From contig WELA01002297.1 of the NCBI GenBank assembly GCA_009602735.1, positions 216,161 through 271,806 on the forward strand: a stretch of DNA of 55,646 nucleotides, written 5' to 3'. Source of the stretch: Mesotaenium endlicherianum (taxonomy: Eukaryota). The position numbers and the translations under genes are program-made. Under the pieces are notes generated by a model, which was not told the DNA's origin, ran no database searches, and saw only the letters and a program-made list of their open reading frames with translations. Positions 29,619 to 41,800 of this stretch are shown here, one piece after another; position 1 is the stretch's first letter, and each line of letters starts with the position of its first letter.

Positions 29619-32600
29619 ATGCCAATCTACACATCTTTTAGACGCCCGCGTTCTGGCGTTAGGATATGGAGACCATTAATTGTACTCCTGGTAGGAGGAA
29701 TTTGCTTGTTTGCTTTTAAGCACTATATCACCCTCTTTTCTTGCCCCCAAGAAAGACGGACTTCGCAGGAACCACCGGCATTAAAATTAGGAGGTTTCCC
29801 GACCAGCCTTGACATATGCCCAGAACTGCCCGAAATTCCTTATAAAGACCCTGATCGGATTCCCCGCTCGTATCCTCTGCCCCAAACATTTTCCAGGTAC
29901 TCACCAATCATGCTGCCATGATGAGATCTCATAACTTCTCCCAGTCGAAAATCTCTCCTTACAGCCCTGATGCATGAAAGTTACTGACATGACAAAGGAA
30001 ATGTTATGATTTGTCACGGCATGATTATAGGAAGGAGGATGGGATAATTGAACAACTGTTAGTTACGGCATGGTTATAGGGAGGAGGGTGGCGGATCTGC
30101 AGGACGCGTAACAGACTCGGGAGCAACTGAGATCCGGGGCTCCAAGCATCTAGTAGATTATATTTATCTCCCTTCAAGCTATGTCGGCCCACAAGCGCTG
30201 GAACATTCTATGCGGTTTTTGAGTATCTAACTTGTGACGCGCGGTGAAGACGAGCGTTAGGAGCTTGTCGAAGAGTTAAGGGTGGACCACAGCAATGGCT
30301 TGTCGAAGAGTTACGGGTAAAGCACAGCTATCTTATGGAAAAGTTAGAATTGTAGAAGTAAAAAATGTGACAAGTATTACTCATTGGTAGTGTTTAATTT
30401 TGGAGAGGCTCTAGTGTGTGAGTCACCAGCAACTCAGGCACTTAAGTGGGCTCACCAGTGCTGGTGAGCCCAGGGGTTGGCTTTGCATGGGGGCCTTGGA
30501 GATGAAGGGCAAGTTCAGTGTGTGGACGGAGGTGAATGACAAGTGTGGTCGGCGCCTTGGGTGTCCTCACCTTTGCACCTTGCCACTACGTTGTGTGTTG
30601 CCCCCTCCTCCTGCTCCCGCTCCTGCAATACCACTCGTTGCACCACTGCCTTGCACAAAGGAACCATCGTGAGGTTGCAGGGGTGAGGGTTCGAGCTCAG
30701 GGTTTTGTGGTCAGGTTTCAAGCCCCCCCCGCAGCGGGTTCGTGTCAGTGATGACTTCTGGCGGCAGGATGAAAGGGAGAGGGGGTCGCGTACGTTATGG
30801 CTCAGAGTATCTGTGGTCTGGAGAGAACATGAATTTGGTGATTGCAGCTGGAGGCTCGATATGCCTGGTCTGCCTGCTCTAAAAACTGACCCTTTTCTTC
30901 CTTCTTGTGATGGACATTCTCAGACTTGTTCGGTGACGCCGAGCAATCATTGTCGGGTAGTACGCCATGCACAGCGAAAGTTTACGAGGGTTCGGCTCCG
31001 GCTCCGGCTCCGGCTTGGGCTCAGGCTCGGGCTCGGGCAGCTCCCTCCTGCCCTCTCTTCTCTGCCTCTTTCTCCCTCTCCTCCTGCTTCCCGCTTTTAT
31101 TTGGTGGATGCGCGTGTAAGTGTGCGTGCGCCGGTGGGCACGAGGGGAGCAGGCGCGAGTGCACGTGCGTCCCCGTGCACAACTTTGTGATCCTCAGCAT
31201 GCAGCGCTCGGGCTCCACGTGGCTGGAGACGCTGCTGGACAGCCACCCGAGCGTGCGCACGTACGACGAGGTGTTTGAGCACGGCGTGGAGCAGTACAAG
31301 CACAACTTCAGCCGCGTGAGGGAGATGCTGGACACGGTCTACCGCCTGGACTGGCCGACCAACGTCAAGGGGGAGTTCATCAAGGAGACGTGCGTCAGCG
31401 CCGTGGGGTTCAAGTGGATGCTCGGCCAGGTGTGCGTGCGCAGGGCTGTCTGCCCCTCTTCTGTCCTCCCTCTCGACTCACACGTCTTCCTCTTCCTCTA
31501 CTTCTTCCTCTTCTCCGTGCATTCCACGAGCGCACCCTCCTACTGCCTGGGTGGATGTACGAGTATAAGAGAGCCGGCAGCCTTTCTGCTGGGCAGCCTC
31601 TGTACCTTGCCGTGCCAAGTCGTGGTGCAAGTGCCCTCCTTATGCCGTTGGCGGGACTGGCCTCTGTTAGCCAAGCCGAGATCAGCCACATGGTGTGATG
31701 GCTTTCATAAGCTCCTAGGTTGCACGCGTCCCCTCTCCTGGGGGGCTCTCGTTGATTGCCCGCACGCAGTACACATGCGGCCGGCAGGGAAGCTCTGGGT
31801 GGCCGCTCGTGGTGCTAGTGCCGTTGGGAACCTCGCCCACTTGTAGCACAAGCTGGTCTCCTCGATGGTGTCCCTTACGAGGGTGGAGTGTGCTCGGCTG
31901 CCCGGGCCTCTGCAACGCGAGGATGACGGATATCCGATGGCTTAGGTTGAAGCGCCGACAGAACGGGCAGCAGGCAAACTCTGCTGGGTCGCTCCGAGAG
32001 GGCGAGTGAGGTGTGCGACTCGCAATCGAACAGTCAGCCCCAGAGTCAGCCAGTTGGTGTTGTTGTTGGACATTCTCCTCTTCCCTTGTGTGCCTTTCCG
32101 CACCCCTGAAACCCCATCCTTCATTCGTGCCGTCCGACCCTATTCCAGAAGGGTGGGCTTTTGAAAGCCCCCAAACCTGAAGGGTGCTGTGGAGCGATGG
32201 GACGCGCCCATATTCAGTACTTGAGGGATGGCAATGCTGCTGGCGCGGTGCAAGCCTGGCTGGCCGCAGGAGCCTTGGAGGAACAACGTCTTTGATGGGG
32301 GGGGGGGAAGGAGGAGGTGGTGAGACAAAGAGGGTGACTAGTGGGGGTGCAAGTGGCGGCGCCGGCCTCGTGGGGATGCCTGCTTGGACTGCGCTCCATT
32401 TGCCCCGATAAACGCTTCCACCTGTGCACCTGTGCTGCGACGGTGCCCCCTCCCTCCAGGGAACGCTCGGGTCGTGATCCGACGTGCTTCGGGTCAGGTG
32501 ATTCGAGAATGCAGGGGGGTCAGAGTCTTGACTCTGCTTGCAACGTACCCTAGCCCCACCCTATGCTCCAGTGTGGGGTCTCCAGTGATTCGCCAGGGGA

Positions 32601-34603
32601 GTCCGGCCCCCCGACCAACTTTCTTGCGGCAGCGGTGCTGCCTGCAGGGGGCGGTGGAGTTTGAGAGCGACGTGCTGCAGTACTTTCGCGAGCGCAAGGT
32701 GACGGTGCTGATGCTGCTGAGGCGCAACAAGGTGCGCGCGTTCGTGTCCAAGATGGTGGCCATGCTGAGCCCGCGCACCAACCCCGAGGGCGACGGCATC
32801 GTGTGGAACACCAAGGCCGACTCCGAGGTGCGTACTCGCTCGCCTGGCCGCCTGCTGCTGTCTGCCGTCTGCTGTATGCTGTCTGCTGTCTGCTGTCTGA
32901 TGCTCTTGTTCTGCTGCTGTTATGCCTGTGTAGTTCCTGGTATCCCTTGTCTGTTGTTTGCACTTGCCGTGTGCCGCATAGTCTGTGTAGAGTTGCACCT
33001 GTGGTGTGACATGGAGTGACTGTGCGTCTGCTTTTTACACTCTCCAGGCTCCCGATATTGCCTATGCTGCTTCTTGTAAGTCCTTAGAGCAGTTTGTTCA
33101 AACACTGCTTTGGCCTGGCCTCAGCCTGCTGTTGTGCATATGCAGTCTCTTGGCTGACCCATCAGACATTTACGTGTTTTTTTGGGTCAGAGGTTGATGT
33201 TTGGCTTGGAGCGTTTTTGTGCGCATCAGCTGCGCGGCTGCCCCTCCGCTCGAGCCTCTTGCGGCGGGTGCTTGCTAGCTGCTTCTTCTTTGATGAGGAT
33301 GGGCGCAATGGTTCTCTTCTAGGGCCTGGTTATTGCCATAAAAAGTTACTGAGGGAATTGGGGTTACAAGCTGGACCAGGAGTATCTGGTTGCTTGCACG
33401 CCTCCGTGTGGCCCCTCTAAGAAATCCCACTCCGACATTTTTTGTCGACTGCTTCGTGTCATTGCCTCTGAGACTTCCACCTGTCTCAAACGTGTGCATT
33501 ATCGTCATTCCAGCTTGGTTTTGTTCCTCGGTGGGTGAGATGTGTCTGTGTAGAGATGTCCAATTCGAATTTGTGTATGGGCGCACAGGGGTTAGATGTA
33601 TCTGTGAAAATATGAATAATATGACTAACTCATTCTCTTGTATAATGTGTCTGTGTACCGGTGCACAGGCGCAGGCGCTGGCAACATTCAGGCCGGTGAT
33701 GGATCTGGAGTACATGCGGGGGGGGCTCTACTCAGCGCTGGAGCTGGAGAACGAGGGGCGCAGAGCGTTCAACGGCAACTCCACGCGCTTCATGCTGCTG
33801 CACTACGAGGATCTTCTGCAGGATCCCAAGGTCTGTCCGCCAGCTTGCCTGCCTGCCTGCCTGCGAGTGTGCGTGTGTGCGCGCTGGCGTGTGTGCAAGT
33901 GTCTTGGGCGGGTGCTTGGCTGCCTGTCCAGCTGTCTGTGCTTGGCTGCATCGTCTGGCTCTGTTTGGCGTGGATGTCGTTGCGCCTTCCACTATCCTAG
34001 TGCGGAGGTTGTGCTCGCTAGGGCGTGTTGTTTTCCGTCAGTGTCTGAGAAGACCGTCTCTTGCGCTTGCGTCGGCTGAAGGTTGGGCCTGCTTGGAGGG
34101 TTATCGAGTCTTCTGCTGTATCACTCGCAGAAATCCGTGTCCTCGTCGTCCCGAAGAAGCTTCTCACTATGTCGTCTCTGGACTCAGCACTTTGGCCCTG
34201 AACCCTATCCCCCTCATACCTCCTCTTTCTTTTACGCGTAGCTTGACCCACTTGCGTGTGCTCACTGCTGCTCCTCCATAAATTCACTTGATTGCTCCTC
34301 CCGGTTGAGAAGCCATGCCATGCAAGAGAAGGGAAGAGGAAGTGAGCATGTCATGGCGCTGTCAGATTCACATGCCAAGAGTAAGTGAAGATGGAGAACA
34401 CTAACTGCTCTTGCTTCCGTGTTCCTCGAGCGCAGATCATGGACGAGGTTCAGGCGTTCTTGGGGGTCCCTGTGCGGCCTTTGTCGAGCCCTTTCAAGAG
34501 AATATACTCCGGGTCTTTGCGGGACAAGATTCAGAACTTTGATGAAATTCAAAAGGGCTTACAAGGCACTCCCTTTGAGAAGTTTATGGACTTGGATGAC
34601 TGA
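29619..34603 (+). CDS. NodH-like sulfotransferase (plant type II membrane, Stf0/NodH-related family), about 354 aa
   Basis: Exons 29619-29896, 31153-31429, 32648-32827, 33669-33830, 34436-34603; 1065 nt in frame. N-terminal anchor (PLIVLLVGGICLFAF), then YPLPQTFSRRECTCVPVHNFVILSMQRSGSTWLETLLDSHP (5'-PAPS-binding loop), SAVGFKWMLGQG, LLRRNKVRAFVS (3'-PAPS-binding), HYEDLL, FLGVP, IQNFDEI. Confidence 0.9.
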
Positions 34604-35801
34604 CGATGTATTTATGCCTTGCTTTTCTCATCACGTCTACTTTCTGTCTTTCTTGTGAGACAGCACTTGTTGAGAGTTGTAAGCTTACTGAGAGGCTGGT
34701 GTGGCTCCCTCTACTGAGTTTCAGTTAAGAGGTCAATTACCTGGTAATGCATGCTGCCTATGTGTTGAAAGAATGTTTAAGTGAAGACATGAGTGATGCT
34801 TCCCTAAGTTGCTGACCACTGGTATATGGGACTTACACCTTGGTGGGCTGCGTTGGGCACACAATTGCCATGGCCCTCGTGTGAACGGACAACATTCAAA
34901 TACTTTTGCCTTGGCTGAGCTAACCTATAAATAGTCGCACTTAAAAACACCAAGGTATTGTGCTTGCATGTATTTAGTGATTCTGTATGCAGATTTTGGA
35001 GAGCAACCTTCAAATGCGATACATATCACAAGTTTTGTGTGCGTATTAATTGGCTTCTATGCTTACAGTCTCAATCTGAAACTAAAAGCCCAATGCTAGC
35101 GCTTGATGTTCGTTCATACAACGATAAGTCTTTCTTTAGTTCTTGCTTGCGCAAATTCTCCTCATACCAAAAAAACTTAGGTTATTCTATCGACAAAAAG
35201 TCACGGCAAAGCTTCTGCATGAAGAGCACCCTCAAGTGCAACAGAAGGATAAACAGGCTGGCCCAGAGGGCTTCATACATGCAACGAAGGTCCACCCTAT
35301 TTGGACTCTTGAGTGATGCCACCAGTTGCCACTGGATGCAGTGGGATGCAGTAGTTTCCGTATACGCAGTCAGGCCCAGTCAGGCCAAGTCAGACGCAGT
35401 AACTGGATGTAACGATGTGTAGCAATGTGTAGTCGAGCCTGTCAACGGGCGGGTCCCTATGTTGAACTTGCGAAAGGCACGCTATTTGTCGCGTGTCATA
35501 GGCGGTCGTAGGGCATGCTTTCCTTGTGCTTTCCCCTATCCCCGCGTTTATGGGCCCACGCAAATTGTCACCTATCGTCACCCCCAGGCACCCCCGAGTT
35601 TGGCCCTCTTGAAATCTGGTCTTCACAGTTTTCCTGGTAAATTCCTCCAATCACTCTTTCTTTGCCACTCTCTGGTCTCCATTCCCTCCTATACTCAGCA
35701 TTTCTCAGGACGCTCCGGCATATCAATTCTTGGTCATCTCCAGTCGCTCTCTTACTTCCCTTTCGCACATCCTTTCGAGTCTTCTTACTTAGGCTGCAAG
35801 T

Positions 35802-38800
35802 ATGGCGATGGGGAAGATGTACAATCCTGCCATGATGGATGTTCGCAAGCAGTACAGCAATTTATGGCATACTGACCTCATGGGTGCCGTGAAAGCAGAT
35901 TGTGCATGTAAGTTTCACTTACTCTTCACGGTGCAGGGTGATGAAGTTTATTGGTGATTGCTTGCCCTCATCCTTTTAATTTTGCATGTCACTTCAGTAT
36001 CTTACCAATCGATTATCGCACCTATTTGACATTTTTCAGCGCAATCACTACACGCCTGTAGAATCAGCTTAGAGCATCTCGATAGACGCACAGCTGTCAG
36101 ACTACGCCTATTGGTTTGCCTCTTTAGCTTCTTCACAGTCAGCTGGTAGTCAGCTGGGGCCAAAAGGAACCACCCTCCAAACCTCAGTTGCTGTCAAAAT
36201 TACTGGAGTCTTGGTGGCAAGGGACACTTTTTTTATTTGTTTACATCCAAAGGCATTGGGCAGTTCCACTTGTCACCAGCTCCTGCAGACTTCTGTGCGG
36301 AGCTTTGATACGACAATTTAAGAATGACATGCTTCGAATCAACTGTACTGTACGATTTCCAAGTATCTAGCATCTCTGTGTGTCGGGCTGGTCACCTGGG
36401 CTCTCATTACGTTTTTAAACGTAATGTGTCACGTCTCTGCAGTTTTTCACTTAGTTACTCTAGGTTACGGAAATCTATCGTGGGACTCTCCACTACCTCC
36501 TGTGTGCCTCTCTCTTCTTCTTGTTAGTGACCACGGCAGCGCACCCATTTATATCAGCTTGTCATGGGTTTTTTACAGGAATATTGTCATATCTTTATAA
36601 GTGGTCTTTATGGACTTTCATTTCATCCCATTTCTTATGTGGCTTCCAAAAAGAAGAATGAGCGGCACTCAGCATGAAACCTTCTGGACGAGAGAAAGTT
36701 GATTTGAGCAAGCGTGGTTGATGTATAGTAGCATCATGTCGTGTTTTTTTTTCTATTTTTTTCTGTCTGGCAAGGCGCTGCTTTGCTTGTATTAGTTGTT
36801 GTGTACATCTATATGACTATGGCTGTCCCATGTGTTCGTATGTGTGTACATGTCTTTGTCTATGCAGGGTGCTGCTTCGCTGTCGCCTGGTGAGTCAGCC
36901 TTGAGCGCTGACCTGTCCATTGCCTTCATTGTCCTGAACCCTCTTGTCGGCTCCCTCCTCGAAATCGCTCTCAACTGAAATCATCAGCTTCAAAACTCTG
37001 CCCATCCCTTACCCATCCCTGTCCTTTCCTTTCTTTTCGAACCCCAAAAATTTCGCTACACTTAACGGGAGAATATTGGACCTCGCAATGCAAGCTGAAA
37101 TTAGACTCGGGCATGTGCGTTGTTTCTCCCTGACTTGGCTGCTCCCTCTTTTCTTCCCGCGGTCAATCCGCACGTGCCATGTGTCATGAGAGAAGGGTGG
37201 CATATGTGCTGCATGTGTGCTTGGCCTGCTCCTCGTCCCCTTCCTGCTCACTCCACTCAAGGAGACAGCTGCAACGATGGGGACATTGCGCTCTCGAAAC
37301 GACAGGGTCGCAATCACGCCGGCGACACTTTTGTGCCGCTCACGGCATCAAATGCGCGTGAGGTGCTGGTTGATATCATGCCGGCTTCTCAAGCTGCTGG
37401 ACGCGGGATCTTAGCGTGTCGTTGTTGCGAGGGCTGTGCAGCCCCCCCTGCGTGTCGTACATGCTGAGGTCGCGGGCGCTCTACAACGACATGTCGCGGT
37501 GAGTCCTTCGCGTCACACCCCACGTGGCAACGTGCCTCAGGGGCTCTGTTGGCTGTTGAGTCTCTGTCGCCCGAGCAAGTGTCGCCGTCTGAGTCTCTCC
37601 CACTCCTTATCCGACAAGTTGTGCAAGTCGTGAGTGGGGACACATGGGAAGCGTTTTGGTCTCCACATCCTCTTAAGCCGTAGGATGCGTTGTCTCTCCG
37701 TACCCTCTCAGCGAAGCAGAGGGGTTCAAGCTCAGCAGTGGAATACTGGACTGAGGGTCAGGGGTCAAATCCCGTCCTCGAACGACACCCCCTGTGCGTG
37801 CAAGCAAGCGAAGCATCGACAAGTGGCCACTGCACGTGAGCTCGCTCTCTCGAGGCCGGATGAACGCGCGTCCAATTGGGAGCAGGCGCGTTCAGGAAGG
37901 CAGCTGGCGGTAGTCCTGCTGGTTGGAGTCCCGCCAACTCATTCACACTGGGGGGTGGCAATGAGGTGCCGGGGTCTCCTCTGAGGGCCTCCCTCCGGAT
38001 CCAGACGCAGAAGGCGTCGTCCTCAAGCCAGCATTTGACATACGTGAAACTTGAAACCCGGAGCAGTAACTCCCGAAGCTGAACCTGGAATGGGAATGGG
38101 AATGGGAATGGGAATGGTGGACCCCTGACCTAAACAAAGCCCCCGGAGAGTAGTGAGGATGAGTGGGAGCGCGCACATACATATTCCCGGCAGTTTGCAG
38201 CTGAGCTGGCACTGCACCTCATGCTGTGCACTCTGTGCCTTCTTACCTTACCCGACCCTAGGTTGGGACCCTAGTTTCTTATTTTCAGAGATGAATAACT
38301 ACTGGAGTACCTTTCTGCCCCCCCTGGTCCCCGTCTTCGGACTCTACTGCTCCAATGTGCGGGGTGGGCAAACATGGGGGCTGCCCGGTGAGCAACAGGG
38401 CGGCGCGCGCGGCTGGCGCTGGTTCTTTGCGTACAGGGGAACAGAATCGAGGAGGGGCTGGAAAATAGGAGTGCAGTTCGTGCCCGTACTTAGTTTATCC
38501 CAGTTTGTGACTCACTATTGGAAGTTCATGGGATGGATGATGAAATGAGTGGAATGTCAAACCGATACTCTCATGTTTAAAGGGAATTGAAGGTGGTGAG
38601 ATAGTGAGGGGCCCGAGGCACAGGTGCAATGAAGGGTGTGATCACTTGATTACGAGAGGGAGGAGAGGAGAGGGGGCTCATATTGCGCTACGCGCAGACA
38701 GCAAGGCCTGCACGCACGCATACACGCGCGTATGCAAGCTCATGCCTGCACGTGTGCGCAAGCCAGTCCGCCTGCCTCCCTGCTCGCTTGGCTGTCCTCG

Positions 38801-41800
38801 CCTGTCGGTGTTCACCCCACGGTCAGTCTTGCTGGGCTCTGGAGGGCCGGACACTTGTCAGCAGTTCAGCTCTCTGGACTTGAGACACATGTCTTCCCAG
38901 ATAGCGCTACAGTTTTGCAGGATGGGGGGGGAGCTGAGAGAAAGAGGGACAAAGGGCCGGGAGGACTGCCAGGGGGCATCGCCCGGAGTCAGGTCCAGGC
39001 TCAGCAGGGCAGAGCTCATGCCACGTCGCCTCCCAGCCTCCCTCCTTCCCTCCCTGCCTGCACGCGCGTCTGCCTGTGTGGTCGTCTGCGTCGCGGCCCA
39101 CGCTCCCTCGTGGGGGCGGCACTCTCGTGCCGCTTCAGGGTGTGCTGAATAAATACGTGTGCTCTACAAGTGTATGTGTACACATATGTGCGCAAGCGTG
39201 CATGTGTCTGTGCGTGCAGGTCCGTGTGCTAGCGCACACACACGCACTTACACACGCGTGCACTTGTGCGACCCACTCTCTCGCTGCGGCAGGTACAAGT
39301 GCTGTGCTGGCTACATGCCCTGCAGCGGCAACTGCGGCGAGCAGAAGTGCCCCGAGTTCTGCCTGGGCGTGGAGGTGTGTGGGAGCCCCCCCCTTCCCTT
39401 GCGCCCCCTCTTTATTTTCTCACGCATTCACACTGGGCACACTGTACAGGCGGACGCGCATGCAGGCAAGCACATGCACAGGGTGTGGTGCTTTGGTACT
39501 GTTGTGCCACACGATGTGTGGGCTGTTGAGATGCGAGCGGTCAGTCCCCCCCTGCTCTGCCGCAAGCTGCGGCTGGGCCTTCGTGCGTGCTGCGTGTTGC
39601 GTCACTCGTCTGCAGAGGGCTGTTGGGCGTGCAGCTGGGGACTTGGGTGACGGGTGGCAGCGCTTGGCTTTTGGTGCCGCATGCATGAGCTGGCCTTGTG
39701 CTCCCCACGTGGTCGTGCGTCGTGACGTCGTGGTTGCTGGTGGTGGTGGTGGACATGTGGCAGGTGTTCCTGTGCTTTGCGCCGTCGGTGTCGTCCACGC
39801 GCTTCCTGCTGCAGGACCAGTTCAACATCCAGACGTCCCCCTGCGACAACTGCATCATTGTACACACACGCACACCCCCCNNNNNNNNNNNNNNNNNNNN
39901 NNNNNNNNNNNNNNNNNNNNNNNNNNNNNNNNNNNNNNNNNNNNNNNNNNNNNNNNNNNNNNNNNNNNNNNNNNNNNNNNNNNNNNNNNNNNNNNNNNNN
40001 NNNNNNNNNNNNNNNNNNNNNNNNNNNNNNNNNNNNNNNNNNNNNNNNNNNNNNNNNNNNNNNNNNNNNNNNNNNNNNNNNNNNNNNNNNNNNNNNNNNN
40101 NNNNNNNNNNNNNNNNNNNNNNNNNNNNNNNNNNNNNNNNNNNNNNNNNNNNNNNNNNNNNNNNNNNNNNNNNNNNNNNNNNNNNNNNNNNNNNNNNNNN
40201 NNNNNNNNNNNNNNNNNNNNNNNNNNNNNNNNNNNNNNNNNNNNNNNNNNNNNNNNNNNNNNNNNNNNNNNNNNNNNNNNNNNNNNNNNNNNNNNNNNNN
40301 NNNNNNNNNNNNNNNNNNNNNNNNNNNNNNNNNNNNNNNNNNNNNNNNNNNNNNNNNNNNNNNNNNNNNNNNNNNNNNNNNNNNNNNNNNNNNNNNNNNN
40401 NNNNNNNNNNNNNNNNNNNNNNNNNNNNNNNNNNNNNNNNNNNNNNNNNNNNNNNNNNNNNNNNNNNNNNNNNNNNNNNNNNNNNNNNNNNNNNNNNNNN
40501 NNNNNNNNNNNNNNNNNNNNNNNNNNNNNNNNNNNNNNNNNNNNNNNNNNNNNNNNNNNNNNNNNNNNNNNNNNNNNNNNNNNNNNNNNNNNNNNNNNNN
40601 NNNNNNNNNNNNNNNNNNNNNNNNNNNNNNNNNNNNNNNNNNNNNNNNNNNNNNNNNNNNNNNNNNNNNNNNNNNNNNNNNNNNNNNNNNNNNNNNNNNN
40701 NNNNNNNNCCCCCCCCCCCCCCCCCAAACGAACCCAGGGGGCTTCCCCCATCCCCCCTTCCTGTCTCTCTTTCTAACCTACCCACACATACTCACAGGCG
40801 TGCAGTATTGCCCTTTCCTCCTCGTTAACACACACACACACGCACGCGCACACACACACATACATACACGCGCGCGCTTGCGCTCACACGCACGTTCACA
40901 TGTTTAGGGGCCCAGATACTCTTGTTGTCACATACACTCTTGCTAACGTTCCATGTTCCTCTGGATGCTTCCCTCGAGTCACTTCTGGTCGCACCATTAG
41001 GGCAGCTTGTAACTGTCGTGGAAAGAGGAGTCCCCAGGGGACTCCTACAACTATAGAAAGAAACTGTGAGGGGTAGCAGGCAATGAAGTACAACAAGACG
41101 AAGTGAGACAGCTGTGCGTCCTTAGACTACCTTTCTGTCGTGGCGTTGAGTTCTGTGGCACTGTGTGCTGCCACGTGGCAGCATTGTCACACCGTCGACG
41201 TCTGACGTGATTACGACGTGGCATGCTGGCCGGCAAGGGCTGGCCAACATGTTCGTGGACATTACCCGTGGCCTGCTTGTTTTCTCTTCCAACAAGAGCC
41301 TGCGTAAATTGATACGGAAGTGAAGCGAACAGCAAGAGGAAGGAACATGAGGCCTCGTGTGGAAAGTGAGGCAAGCTGACAGAGACAGCATTGTGCAGAA
41401 ACACAAAATCAAACGGGGTAGAGACAAGTGGCTGTGAAAGGGCAGGCCATGCGGACCCAGGCAGCAGGCTTCTGTGGGCCTTTCTGCTGGCCAGGCACGA
41501 GAGAGGAGCAGAACAGACCGGGAGGAAAGAGGCGAGCGCTTCAAAAACGGGCAAACCTTGCGTGTCCCGCTGGCACCGGCATGGCCTTGTGTCACTCTGT
41601 GCGGTCCACTTGCACATTATCGTGGCTCCTCCCAGTCATGAAAACGACGAAACAAAATTGGAATGGTAGGAGGGAGAGAGAGCAGTGTGCGTGGAGTGCG
41701 TGTGCCCGGCGCTGACGGCCTGCCCCGGGGCGGGGGTGCGTGGGGCGTGCAGGGCTTCATGTTTGTGCTGCAGCAGGTGGCGTGCATCTTCTCGCTGCTG

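Larger units (their letters stand above)
20662..30896. repeat. Tandem duplication of a 5117-bp unit (20662-25778 and 25780-30896) separated by a single N; likely assembly artefact
   Basis: ORFs in the track recur identically at an offset of 5118 (e.g. 21708/26826, 24501/29619). Both ends of the unit match base for base, and the junction is the N at 25779. Confidence 0.92.

Noticed and set aside
30263..30332. Direct repeat with CRISPR-like spacing
   Set aside because: Only two units, the spacers resemble each other, it lies in a eukaryotic intron and there are no cas genes.
39076..40907. Long ORFs of 298-566 aa
   Set aside because: They read through an N gap; only the short PLAC8 exons inside are real.
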